A DNA stretch of 64,000 nucleotides, from positions 4,077 through 68,076 of the forward strand of contig NZ_DATCTC010000015.1 of assembly GCF_036568145.1 (NCBI RefSeq), given 5' to 3'. The stretch's first letter is position 1; each line of letters starts with the position of its first letter. Positions 44,920-54,567 of this stretch are shown one piece after another. The translations under genes were made by a program, and so were the position numbers. The notes under the pieces are model-generated. The model was given only the letters and a program-made list of their open reading frames with translations, ran no database searches and was not told the origin of the DNA. Source of the DNA: Parasphingorhabdus sp. Lineage in GTDB: Bacteria > Pseudomonadota > Alphaproteobacteria > Sphingomonadales > Sphingomonadaceae.

Positions 44920-45174
44920 TCATGGGCTGACAGGTGCATCGTCATCATCATCGTCATCAATGATTGTCAGTGTAACGAAAGCTGCAGCAACTGCAGCAGC
45001 CAGAACAGCAAGGACAGTGTCACTGCCACCGGCCAGACTATTTGCTTTTTGCTGGCTCGCAGAAACGCGTTCTACGCTTGAACTCGCTACAGGGGCGACC
45101 GCTTGTGATTGTGCCATAACCGGCGTGGCCGAAAGGGATAACAATGACAAAGCAGCTAAAGCTTTAAAACGCAT
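44920..45174 (-). CDS. Small exported protein with a C-terminal hydrophobic helix and a poly-Asp tail
   Basis: 84-aa ORF with a signal peptide (..TPVMA|QSQ). The sequence then runs ..AGGSD-TVLAVLAAAVAAAFVTLTII-DDDDDDDAPVSP. I recognise no family, so coding status is uncertain. Confidence 0.4.
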   Translation of the reverse strand: MRFKALAALSLLSLSATPVMAQSQAVAPVASSSVERVSASQQKANSLAGGSDTVLAVLAAAVAAAFVTLTIIDDDDDDDAPVSP

Positions 45175-45336
45175 ATATTTTCTCCAATGTTTATACAGGG
45201 GTCGGTAGGTTTACGAATGACTCTTGTAATGGTTCCTGAACAAAATGTCAGAAAACGAAAAAATTTATCCATTGCGACTGTTCGGATCGCCTGATGACAT
45301 CCATTTAGGCGCTTGCCTTGCAGGAACCAGCCTCGG

Positions 45337-46215
45337 TTAAAGTCCAGCTTTGATGACCCAATCGTGGAAAATCCGCACAGCACGATGTTTCTGGTCACGT
45401 TTGCGGCACACGAACCAATAGGCATAAGGGCTGTCTATATCATAATCGAACAAACGGGCCAGGCGAGGGTCGTTCGCGTCGGAAAAATGGCCACCATGCA
45501 TAATCGCGACGCCAAGTCCCTGTGCTACAGCTTCCAGTATCAAAGGACCGCTGTTCATCTGGTCAATACTGGCCGGTTTAAGGTCCGGTATGCCGACGGC
45601 CTCTTTCCAGCAGTCAAAAGCTTTAAGCATATCACTATGGATCAGGATATTGTGATCCATCAAATCTTCCGGTGTCTTGATCGCATTTGGGCCGTGGACA
45701 AGTTCGGCTGCGGCAATCGCATAAATCTTGTTGGTGTCTAGTTTGACCGCGTAGAGATTGGGGTCCACATGGTCGGCAATTATGATCGCCGCATCAATAG
45801 AATCGCCTAGCATATTCTGGGCATGGGTAGAGGTATCTACATCAATATGCAGCTTGGGATAGAGTTTCCTGAACTCCGGCAACCGGGGCACCAGACGGGT
45901 GGCGCCAAAAAGAGGAAGGACACCCAGACGTAGACGCAAAGAACCACCGCTAACGGTCATATGGTCAACGGCATCGCCTATTGATTCCATGGCCGGGGCA
46001 ACGGCCTCCAGCAGGGCTTGGCCGTCTTCGTTCAAAACCATCGACTGGTTGCGCCGTTCGAAAAGCGGTTTTCCGATATGATCTTCGAGCGCTTTGATAC
46101 GGCGACTGAGTGCCGGAGCTGACAGCGCCAATTCAGCGGCTGCGGCTTTGGAAGTGCCTAACCGGGCAACACGGATAAAAGCTTCTAATGAACGGAGGGG
46201 GGGAAGTCGGCGCAT
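45337..46215 (-). CDS. LysR-family transcriptional regulator
   Basis: 292-aa ORF with the N-terminal HTH LRSLEAFIRVARLGTSKAAAELALSAPALSRRIKALE and a C-terminal LysR substrate-binding fold. Confidence 0.9.
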   Translation of the reverse strand: MRRLPPLRSLEAFIRVARLGTSKAAAAELALSAPALSRRIKALEDHIGKPLFERRNQSMVLNEDGQALLEAVAPAMESIGDAVDHMTVSGGSLRLRLGVLPLFGATRLVPRLPEFRKLYPKLHIDVDTSTHAQNMLGDSIDAAIIIADHVDPNLYAVKLDTNKIYAIAAAELVHGPNAIKTPEDLMDHNILIHSDMLKAFDCWKEAVGIPDLKPASIDQMNSGPLILEAVAQGLGVAIMHGGHFSDANDPRLARLFDYDIDSPYAYWFVCRKRDQKHRAVRIFHDWVIKAGL

Positions 46216-46313
46216 AATATATCCGATATTGTGGTTAAATAAAGTTTGTGCAACGCAAAATAGTCATCATTTTGGATAGACTGGCTGTATCTCAAGTGCA
46301 TTCTTAGCAACTG

Positions 46314-46330
46314 GTTGCATAATACGCAAC
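46314..46330. promoter_or_regulatory. Candidate LysR-type T-N11-A palindrome
   Basis: GTTGCATAATACGCAAC has arms GTTGC/GCAAC and an embedded TGC-N7-GCA (T-N11-A). It lies 99 bp upstream of the lysR start, and related TTGCAAC half-sites occur nearby. Confidence 0.3.
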
Positions 46331-46418
46331 TCCCAATGTCCTTTTCGCACTTGCAACATAATCGATTCTCGGCCAATTAGAACTCGCCTTTCAGGCATCC
46401 TCTCCTAAAAACTTTTAC

Positions 46419-46449
46419 AGGCCAATCCTTCGGGGTTGGCCTTTTTTTT
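46419..46449 (+). terminator. Strong orphan intrinsic terminator (no annotated upstream plus-strand gene)
   Basis: GGCCAATCC-TTCG-GGGTTGGCC has a UUCG-type tetraloop and is followed by T8. It lies 120 nt before the CDC48-like start codon. Confidence 0.75.
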
Positions 46450-46568
46450 GTCCGAAATCCATACATTCTTTGACGCCCTTTGCTTTCGTACTAAATTCGG
46501 GGGTCGTATAATGGCTGTTGTCTCCCTATCTTATTGGAAACGATACTATCGCAGGAGTGTATTCGACC

Positions 46569-48914
46569 ATGACTGATCCCAGTTCCGACCCCGCCTCTGA
46601 TCCCAAATCTGATTCTGAACCCGATTCTCCCATGATAAAAATACAGGTCGCCAATGCCCGACCGGAAGATAGCGGCCGCGGCCTTGCCCGTTTGTCGCGG
46701 GATAATATGGGTAAATTGGGACTGATCGAAGGCGATGTGGTTGAGATTTGCGGGAAACAGGCAACTCCGGCCCGTGCGGTTCTGCCTTATCCTGAAGATG
46801 AGGGGCTGAACTTTGTCCGGCTAGACGGTTTGCAGCGTGCCAATGCCGGTGTCGGCTCCGGTGACTTTGTTGAGATTCGCAAAGCCGATTCGAAGCCAGC
46901 CAAAAAAGTCATTTTTGCCCCGGCACAGAAGGATTTGCGCTTACATGGCAGCGGTGCCGGCCTGAAACGCAGCTTCATGGGGCGTCCCGTGACGATGGGC
47001 GATTTTGTCGCGACCCATGGCCAGCAGCAGGTCGACCGCAGCGATATGCCGTTGCAATTGCAGCAAATGCTGGCTGCTCCGGCTTTTTCACTGACCCAGA
47101 TTCGCTTGCTCGTGGTTTCTACCATTCCAAAGGGGCTAGTCCATATTGACGAAAGTACAGAAGTCGAACTGCGTCCGGAATATGTGGAATCGACCGAACA
47201 TCGCCGGGCCGATGTTACCTATGATGATGTTGGCGGCTTGCATGATACTATCGACCAACTGCGTGAAATGGTTGAGCTGCCGTTGCGTTATCCGCAACTC
47301 TTCACCCGGCTTGGCGTTGATCCGCCACGCGGTGTCTTGCTCCATGGCCCTCCAGGCACCGGCAAAACACGGTTGGCCCGCGCTGTTGCCAATGAAAGCG
47401 ATGCCGAGTTTTTCCTGATCAACGGTCCGGAAATCATGGGTTCGGCTTATGGTGAGTCGGAAAAGAAATTACGGGAGGTTTTTGAAGCCGCTGCCAAGGC
47501 CGCGCCGTCCATTCTGTTCATCGACGAAATCGATTCCATCGCACCCAAGCGCGGTGAAGTGCAGGGTGAAACCGAAAAGCGGCTGGTGGCCCAGTTGCTG
47601 ACGCTGATGGACGGTCTGGAGTCGCGCGTCAATCTGGTGGTTATTGCTGCCACCAACCGCCCAGAGGCGCTTGATGAGGCGTTGCGCCGTCCGGGCCGGT
47701 TTGACCGTGAAATCATTGTTGGCGTGCCTGACCTGGCTGGCCGTAAACAAATTCTGGGCATCCATACACGCGGCATGCCTTTGGACCCGGCAGTAGACCT
47801 GACCGAGCTTGCACGCACGACTTATGGGTTTGTCGGTGCCGACCTGGCGGCCCTTACCCGCGAAGCGGCGATTGAAGCTGTCCGCCGGATCATGCCGAAA
47901 ATCGATCTGGAATCAGAAACCGTTCCGCCGGAAGTGCTTGAAGAGCTCGTGGTCCGCCGTGAGGATTTTGTCGAAGCGCTGAAACGCGTTCAGCCATCTG
48001 CCATGCGTGAAGTGATGGTGCAGGCTCCCGATGTCCGCTGGGAAGATATTGGCGGTCTGGATGACGCACAGACACGCCTGAAAGAGGGCATCGAACTGCC
48101 GATGAAAAACCCGGAAGCCTTTACCCGTCTGGGTATTCGCCCGGCCAAGGGCTTTTTGCTCTATGGTCCGCCGGGAACCGGTAAGACATTGCTGGCAAAG
48201 GCCGTGGCACGTGAGGCAGAGGCCAATTTCATTGCCACCAAGTCCAGCGACCTTCTGTCCAAATGGTATGGGGAGAGCGAGCAACAGATCGCGCGGCTAT
48301 TTGCTCGAGCGCGTCAGGTTGCTCCGACCATATTATTCATCGACGAGATTGACAGCCTGGTCCCGGCCCGCGGACGCGGCATGGGGGAACCGCAAGTGAC
48401 GGAACGGGTCGTCAATGCGATCCTTGCCGAGATGGACGGGCTGGAAGAAATGCAGTCAGTGATCGTGATCGGTGCAACGAACCGTCCCGGTCTGGTCGAT
48501 CCGGCGCTGCTGCGGCCTGGCCGGTTTGACGAGCTTGTCTATGTACCTGTCCCCGGAAAGGATGGCCGCCGCCGCATCTTGGCGATTCATACTGAAAAAA
48601 TGCCGATCGCGAAGGATGTCGACCTTGATGACATTGCCGAGCGGGCGGATCGCTATTCCGGCGCCGATCTGGAAGATCTGGTACGCCGCGCCGGCCTTTA
48701 TGCGCTGCGTGAATATGGCGGACTGGTCGAAACAGTGTCGATGAAGCATTTTGAAAAGGCTCTGAAAGATAGCCGTGCCTCGGTAACGCCGGAAATGGAG
48801 GAAGAATATTCCAAAATGGAAAGCGAACTGAAAAGCAATGCCATGCGGGCCGATCCCATCGGCTTTGTCAGTCCCGGCATGTTGCGGCCGATCAATGCCG
48901 AGAAAGAAGACTAA
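46569..48914 (+). CDS. CDC48/p97-subfamily double AAA+ ATPase
   Basis: CDC48-type N-domain (GRGLARLS...M..LGL..GDVVEI.G...T.A.V), then two AAA modules, each with GPPGTGKT Walker A and ILFIDEIDS Walker B plus second-region-of-homology motifs. The start is at ATG 46569; the track start is 46518. Confidence 0.88.
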   Translation: MTDPSSDPASDPKSDSEPDSPMIKIQVANARPEDSGRGLARLSRDNMGKLGLIEGDVVEICGKQATPARAVLPYPEDEGLNFVRLDGLQRANAGVGSGDFVEIRKADSKPAKKVIFAPAQKDLRLHGSGAGLKRSFMGRPVTMGDFVATHGQQQVDRSDMPLQLQQMLAAPAFSLTQIRLLVVSTIPKGLVHIDESTEVELRPEYVESTEHRRADVTYDDVGGLHDTIDQLREMVELPLRYPQLFTRLGVDPPRGVLLHGPPGTGKTRLARAVANESDAEFFLINGPEIMGSAYGESEKKLREVFEAAAKAAPSILFIDEIDSIAPKRGEVQGETEKRLVAQLLTLMDGLESRVNLVVIAATNRPEALDEALRRPGRFDREIIVGVPDLAGRKQILGIHTRGMPLDPAVDLTELARTTYGFVGADLAALTREAAIEAVRRIMPKIDLESETVPPEVLEELVVRREDFVEALKRVQPSAMREVMVQAPDVRWEDIGGLDDAQTRLKEGIELPMKNPEAFTRLGIRPAKGFLLYGPPGTGKTLLAKAVAREAEANFIATKSSDLLSKWYGESEQQIARLFARARQVAPTILFIDEIDSLVPARGRGMGEPQVTERVVNAILAEMDGLEEMQSVIVIGATNRPGLVDPALLRPGRFDELVYVPVPGKDGRRRILAIHTEKMPIAKDVDLDDIAERADRYSGADLEDLVRRAGLYALREYGGLVETVSMKHFEKALKDSRASVTPEMEEEYSKMESELKSNAMRADPIGFVSPGMLRPINAEKED

Positions 48915-48978
48915 ACGTTAGTCGCGCCGGTTCCGGTATGGCATATATAAGCCGCGTCTTGAGCAATCAGGGCGCGGC

Positions 48979-50331
48979 TTAATCGTCCAGATGCAGCGTT
49001 TTGAAGCCCCAGAAAAAAACGAACAGACACATGGCGACAGCCAACCAGAATGGCAGGTTATTGAAATAGGTGTACAGCAATACGCCCAGCGCCGGAGAGG
49101 CAATGAAGGCCATGCCATTGACCGAGGCTACAATGCCCGCAACGCCGTTCTGTTCCTCTGGCTCCACAGCGAGCGATGCACCTGCGGTAAAACCGGGACG
49201 GAACAAGCCAAAGCCCAGCGAACTGACGGCAAATCCAAGGATGATCTCGAAAAGGCCGTCCGACAAACCGATGATGAAGCAGCCCAACGCGGCAAGCAGC
49301 ATGCCCCATAGAATCGACGAGCGCGGCCCCATCTGTAACAGCGGGATCAAGCCCCATTGAGCCAGCAAGGTCGCCGCCGCACCGGACATCAGGACAATGC
49401 CTGTCATCTCGACCCCCATTGCCGGGTCGCCGCGCAGACCCAGCCTGTCGAGTAACAGAAAGCCGATAACTCCTAATATGAGAGCGTTGGCATTGCCGCC
49501 CATGATTCCGGTAATCAGCCACGGCTTTATACGTTCGTCCCCCCAACGGAGCTGCGGCACTACGCTTGTTTCGGATGCCTGTCCTGCGGGGCGGTATTCG
49601 TGGCCCTCATCCCGCAGCGTGCTGGCTGAAAGTGCAGAACTAAACGGTTCTGTCGTAACGACACCGCGGGCTTCAAACCTTGGCGTATCGTCGGGCAGTT
49701 TCAGCTTCAACGCGATCATCACGATTATGCCAATAGCCGCAAAAGCGAACATCGGGCTGGACAATCCAAGGACCGGCAAGATCAGCAAGGGTGCGATAGC
49801 AGGGCCAACAACCGTGCCCAGACCGAAAGAAGACGAGATGAGCGATAGCGCCTTGGTCCGTTCTTCACGCGGGGTCCGCGCGGCTACATAGGCTTGCACC
49901 GCTGGGGGCGCAGCGGAGCCCAGACCCCCATAAAGGCTTCTGAAAATGGCAAATAATATGAAGGTCAGCAAGGCACTATACCAGCCCAGAAGGCCAAAAA
50001 ACAGCGCCAGTCCTGCCAAGGCCATAGAGGATGTAAACCCGATCATCCCCAGCCGCATCAAAGCTTTACGGCCGCGCTTGTCGGACAGGCGCGCCCATTT
50101 GGGGGCGGTATAGACCCATAGCAAAGCGGACCAGCTAAAGGCTGCGCTCACCCAGAAATCGGGAATGTCCAGCTGCGTGCCGATCGTCGGTAATATCGAC
50201 TGCATCGCTGTATTGCCCGACGCCGTGACAAGCATGACCATGAACAACACCGCCATGCGTGTGTTGTCGATAGGTGTATAGGTTTCTACCGCCGTTTGTG
50301 GTGCGGCTTTGGGTGCAGAGGAATCAGCCAT
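48979..50331 (-). CDS. MFS transporter
   Basis: About 450 aa with 12 predicted hydrophobic segments and the loop 2-3 motif (SDKRGRK). The start at ATG 50331 is preferred; TTG 50361 (track), which overlaps the upstream gene, is an alternative. Confidence 0.8.
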   Translation of the reverse strand: MADSSAPKAAPQTAVETYTPIDNTRMAVLFMVMLVTASGNTAMQSILPTIGTQLDIPDFWVSAAFSWSALLWVYTAPKWARLSDKRGRKALMRLGMIGFTSSMALAGLALFFGLLGWYSALLTFILFAIFRSLYGGLGSAAPPAVQAYVAARTPREERTKALSLISSSFGLGTVVGPAIAPLLILPVLGLSSPMFAFAAIGIIVMIALKLKLPDDTPRFEARGVVTTEPFSSALSASTLRDEGHEYRPAGQASETSVVPQLRWGDERIKPWLITGIMGGNANALILGVIGFLLLDRLGLRGDPAMGVEMTGIVLMSGAAATLLAQWGLIPLLQMGPRSSILWGMLLAALGCFIIGLSDGLFEIILGFAVSSLGFGLFRPGFTAGASLAVEPEEQNGVAGIVASVNGMAFIASPALGVLLYTYFNNLPFWLAVAMCLFVFFWGFKTLHLDD

Positions 50332-50348
50332 GAAAACTGTATGGCACG

Positions 50349-50669
50349 CTATTTTATCCAATCATAGCTGCGTTCTATCCGCGTGACGTGCAATGTATAA
50401 CGTTCATACCATTTCCCCCGTCCCTGTTCGCGAATTGCGCTATGGTCAGGATGATCGCGCCATGCTTTGGCAGCTTCATCATTTTCCCAATAGCTGACCG
50501 TAATACCCAGGCCATCAGCAGAACGGGCGCTGTCCTGACCCAGATAACCGGGTTGCTTTGCAGCAAGGTCACTCATGGCATTTGCTGCGGCGCTATAGGA
50601 TTCGTCGTCGTTTTGGGTGCGCTGGGCACAAAAGATTACAGCGATTGATCCGCGTTGATATAAGTTCAT
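50349..50669 (-). CDS. Antibiotic biosynthesis monooxygenase (ABM) family protein
   Basis: 106-aa ORF in a ferredoxin-like ABM pattern (..VSYWE.DEAAKAW..HP.H......G...W). Confidence 0.7.
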   Translation of the reverse strand: MNLYQRGSIAVIFCAQRTQNDDESYSAAANAMSDLAAKQPGYLGQDSARSADGLGITVSYWENDEAAKAWRDHPDHSAIREQGRGKWYERYTLHVTRIERSYDWIK

Positions 50670-50771
50670 ATGGCCTTTCTGAACCTCCCTTTGTTCACGA
50701 CAAGCGCGAAGAATGTTTGAATATATGAATATTATAACCTAATCAGGTGACGGAAAAACAGGAGACATTGA

Positions 50772-51398
50772 TTGAATAACAGCGTTGCAAACGCCTCGTT
50801 AAGGGACACGATAAAATTGCGCGCAGCCCGCATTTTCGGTGCATGGGGCGTTTTTTTCAAGGGTTTCCTGAAGCATCCGGTGATGGTTGGTTCGATTATC
50901 CCATCCTCGGCTTTGACGGTAAAAAAGATGCTGGAGCCGGTGAAATGGGACGAATGCAATGTGTTCGTTGAATATGGCCCCGGCGTTGGAACATTCTGTC
51001 GCCCGGTGCTGGAGCGGATGAAACCGGATGCGACGCTGATCGTCATCGATCTCAACTCAGACTTTATCGACTATCTTGGCAAAAGTATCCGCGACAGTCG
51101 TTTTTATCCCATTCACGGCTCGGCCGCCGATGTGCAACAAATCCTTCAGGATCTGGGCCATGAAAAGGCAGACTATATCTTGTCCGGCCTGCCATTTTCC
51201 ACCCTTCCCAATCAGCTTGGGCCCAAAATTGCCAAGGAAACTTACGACGCTTTGCGCCCCGGCGGTGCTTTTCTGGTCTATCAATTTGTTAAACGTGCGC
51301 GCGATTTCATGACGCCGCATTTTGACCGTATCGATAATGGCTATTGCCTTTGGAACATATTGCCTTGCCATCTGTTCTGGGGCTGGAAACAGAAATAG
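50772..51398 (+). CDS. Class I SAM-dependent methyltransferase (phospholipid N-methyltransferase-like, COG3963-type)
   Basis: FLKHPVMVGSIIPSS N-terminal motif and SAM motif I VEYGPGVGTF. The TTG start at 50772 is uncertain. Confidence 0.65.
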   Translation: MNNSVANASLRDTIKLRAARIFGAWGVFFKGFLKHPVMVGSIIPSSALTVKKMLEPVKWDECNVFVEYGPGVGTFCRPVLERMKPDATLIVIDLNSDFIDYLGKSIRDSRFYPIHGSAADVQQILQDLGHEKADYILSGLPFSTLPNQLGPKIAKETYDALRPGGAFLVYQFVKRARDFMTPHFDRIDNGYCLWNILPCHLFWGWKQK

Positions 51399-51555
51399 CC
51401 GCTCCCTCTTGTCATCCTTCCCATTTCTGCATGGACCAATGTTGTTGGTCGATCCCCGTCCGCTGTTAATCGAAGACCAACAGGACTTGCGCGACAAGTC
51501 TGCATGCCCATAGTAGTTCAAATATATACTATTTTATCGTGAAGAGGAATTTTGG

Positions 51556-54492
51556 ATGTCACGCTTTTCCCGCAATATTGCGATTGCGCTTAGCTCTACC
51601 GCATTGAGTTTTGCAGCTCCGGCTTATGCCGATAGCCCGGCGAGCAATGCAACATTCGCTGAGCCGGCACCGGTTAGCGAGCTGGTCGAAGCTGTAGATA
51701 TACCCTATGAACGCTTCACGCTCGACAATGGTTTGAAAGTGCTGGTCCACACCGACCGCAAGGCACCGATTGTGGCGGTATCTGTCTGGTATGGTGTGGG
51801 GTCCGCCAATGAACCGGATGGCAAGACAGGCTATGCCCATCTGTTTGAACATATCATGTTCAACGGCTCGGAAAATGCACCGGGCGATTATTTTGATCCC
51901 TTAAGGCAAATTGGCGCGACCGATTTGAACGGCACGACATGGCTCGACCGCACCAATTATTTCCAGACCGTGCCAAAATCCGCACTGGAAGTAGCTTTGT
52001 TCCTTGAGAGCGACCGGATGGGTCATTTGCTGGGCGCGGTTACGCAGGAAAAGCTCGACAACCAGATCGGCGTTGTCTCGAACGAAAAGCGTCAGGGCGA
52101 TAACCAGCCTTATGGTCTGGTCGGCTATCGCCAGACGGAATTGCTCTTCCCGGACAAAAGCCATCCCTATGGGCATGACACGATCGGTTCGCTCGAAGAT
52201 CTGGAAGCTGCTTCGCTCGATGACATGAAGCTGTGGTTCACGGACCATTATGGCCCGAATAACGCGATATTGGTGCTGGCCGGCGATATTGACGCGGCCG
52301 AAGCCAAGCCGCTGGTCCAGAAATGGTTCGGCGACATTGCGCCGGGCAAAGAAATCGCCCAGCTTAATCCGGAACTGCCAACGCTGGACGCCCCTGTCTA
52401 TGAAGTGATGAAAGACAAGGTGGCGACCACCCGTATCTATCGCAACTGGGTGGTTCCGGGGCTCAACGATCCCGATTATACGCCGCTTGATGTCGGCATG
52501 GCGGTGCTGGGCGGTCTTGCCAGCTCGCGGCTGGACAATATCATGGTGCGCGAAGAGAAAAATGCAGTGGCGGTTTCTGCATTCGTACTGCCCTTTGTCC
52601 ACGGCAGCCTTGTGCAGATTCAGGCCGATGTAAAGCCGGGTGAAGATGCGGACATGGTCGCCAGGCGGCTGGATGAAATCATCGCCGACTTTATCCAGAA
52701 AGGCCCAACCGCAGATGAAGTGCAGCGGGTCGCAACGCGTGATGCCGCATCGCGGATTGCCGGTTTGGAGCAGGTTGGCGGATTTAGCGGAAAAGCCACT
52801 GCACTGGCGCAAGGTGAACTTTATTCCGATGATCCGGAACATTACAAGAAAGAGCTGGCGCGGCTGGCTTCCACAACTCCGGAATCGGTGACTTCGGCTA
52901 TGCAAAAATGGCTGACCCGTCCGGTTGTCGGTATCCGGGTCGTGCCGGGTGAGCGGGAGGCATATCAGGAAGTGGAATCCGGTAAAGGCGCGCGAACAGG
53001 CACGCTGACCGCTCCCGCATTTTACATGCAGGATGGTGAGCCCGCTGTTGCTGCGGCTGTTACTCCTGTGGACCGTTCCAATCTTCCTGAAGTCGGGGAA
53101 TTCTCCAATGTCGACTTCCCCGATGTCGAAAGTTCGGTGCTATCTAACGGGATCAAAGTCTATTTCGCGCGGCGTGATGCCGTTCCGATGACGCGCGTCA
53201 CCTTGTCTTTTAACGCCGGAGCCACCGCGGATCCCACGGATAAAATCGGCCTGCACAATTTTGTCACCTCGGTAATGGAAGAAGGCACGACCAGCCTGAA
53301 CTCCATTGAAATTGCCGAGCAGCAGGAGCGCTTGGGCGCCAATATCAGCGTTGGTGGCGGGCGTGACCGCACCAGCGTCAATCTGAGCGCGGTTAACCCC
53401 AATCTTGACGCATCGCTCGACCTGATGGCGGATATTGTCAGAAATCCGGCGTTTGAAACCGATGATATCGAACGCATCCGGGTGCAGCAACTGACCGCCA
53501 TTGACCGCGAGGAAAGCGATCCGGCAAGCATTGCGGCCAACGCCTTGCCGCCGCTGCTATTCGGTGATGTGCATCCTTATGGTCGGGGGCTTTCGGGCAA
53601 TGGCACGAAGGAATCTGTCGCCGCGATCAGCCGTGATGATCTGGTAAACTTCCATCAAAGCTGGATGCGGCCTGAAAATGCGACAATCTTTGCTGTGGGT
53701 CAGATTGACCGCCAGGTGCTGCTTGAAAAGCTCGAGGCGCGTTTCGGGAAATGGAAAGGCAAAGGCAAGGCCGCACCGGCAAAGAATTTCGATGCCCCGA
53801 TTCCCGAAGCACAAGGCAAGATTGTCGTCATCCACCGCGCCAATTCGCCGCAGTCGATGATCCTTGCGGGACAGGTTACGCCTTTCCGGGGGACCGATGA
53901 CCTGTTGACGCTGAACGCTGCGAACGAGGTTCTGGGCGGTAACTTCCTGTCGCGTATCAATATGGACCTGCGCGAGACTAAGGGCTGGAGCTATGGCACC
54001 CGCAACATGATTTTGCGCGGCGAGCATGAGGTTCCCTATGTCATGCGCGCGCCCGTGCAGACCAACCAGACCGGACCGGCCGTTGCCGCGATCAAGCAGC
54101 AGGTAGAGGAATTTCTGGGGGACAAAGGCGTAACACAGGCGGAGCTGGAGCGCACCGTCAACGGCAATGTGCGCGAGCTGCCCGGTCAGTTTGAGCAATC
54201 CAGTCGGGTACTCTCTCAGATGCAAAGCGACGTGATGTATCAGCGCCCCTCCAACTATGCCGAAACCGTAGCCGACCGTTACAAGGCTTTGAGCGCCGAT
54301 GATCTTAACAAGGCGATGGCCGGTGCGATTGATCCTGATCGGTTTACGTGGGTTATTGTCGGTGATGCGGCCAAGATCAAACCGCAGCTTGATGCGCTCG
54401 ACATGAGCGTCGAATATCGCGGCTATGAAGCTGATAACACTAATGTTAGTAATGCTAATGGCTCAAGTGATTCGGCAGCCGGGGAAGACTGA
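51556..54492 (+). CDS. Secreted M16 (pitrilysin) family zinc peptidase, fused double module
   Basis: 978-aa ORF with a signal peptide and the inverted zinc motif HxxEH (HLFEH) followed by a downstream E. A second M16-like half lacks the motif. Confidence 0.88.
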   Translation: MSRFSRNIAIALSSTALSFAAPAYADSPASNATFAEPAPVSELVEAVDIPYERFTLDNGLKVLVHTDRKAPIVAVSVWYGVGSANEPDGKTGYAHLFEHIMFNGSENAPGDYFDPLRQIGATDLNGTTWLDRTNYFQTVPKSALEVALFLESDRMGHLLGAVTQEKLDNQIGVVSNEKRQGDNQPYGLVGYRQTELLFPDKSHPYGHDTIGSLEDLEAASLDDMKLWFTDHYGPNNAILVLAGDIDAAEAKPLVQKWFGDIAPGKEIAQLNPELPTLDAPVYEVMKDKVATTRIYRNWVVPGLNDPDYTPLDVGMAVLGGLASSRLDNIMVREEKNAVAVSAFVLPFVHGSLVQIQADVKPGEDADMVARRLDEIIADFIQKGPTADEVQRVATRDAASRIAGLEQVGGFSGKATALAQGELYSDDPEHYKKELARLASTTPESVTSAMQKWLTRPVVGIRVVPGEREAYQEVESGKGARTGTLTAPAFYMQDGEPAVAAAVTPVDRSNLPEVGEFSNVDFPDVESSVLSNGIKVYFARRDAVPMTRVTLSFNAGATADPTDKIGLHNFVTSVMEEGTTSLNSIEIAEQQERLGANISVGGGRDRTSVNLSAVNPNLDASLDLMADIVRNPAFETDDIERIRVQQLTAIDREESDPASIAANALPPLLFGDVHPYGRGLSGNGTKESVAAISRDDLVNFHQSWMRPENATIFAVGQIDRQVLLEKLEARFGKWKGKGKAAPAKNFDAPIPEAQGKIVVIHRANSPQSMILAGQVTPFRGTDDLLTLNAANEVLGGNFLSRINMDLRETKGWSYGTRNMILRGEHEVPYVMRAPVQTNQTGPAVAAIKQQVEEFLGDKGVTQAELERTVNGNVRELPGQFEQSSRVLSQMQSDVMYQRPSNYAETVADRYKALSADDLNKAMAGAIDPDRFTWVIVGDAAKIKPQLDALDMSVEYRGYEADNTNVSNANGSSDSAAGED

Positions 54493-54567
54493 ACGTCTGC
54501 GCCTGAGTTTGATTGATAAACGAGGGTTAGATTGAGAAGGCCAGATTAATTTTTAAAGGAGAGTATT

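Noticed and set aside
46314-46365. A dif/Xer-like site: GGTTGCATAA and AACATAA resemble the XerC arm (GCGCATAA) and the complement of the XerD arm (TTATGTT).
   Set aside because: The half-sites are about 30 bp apart and in the wrong relative orientation. There is no 6-bp central region and no TTATGTTAAAT arm.
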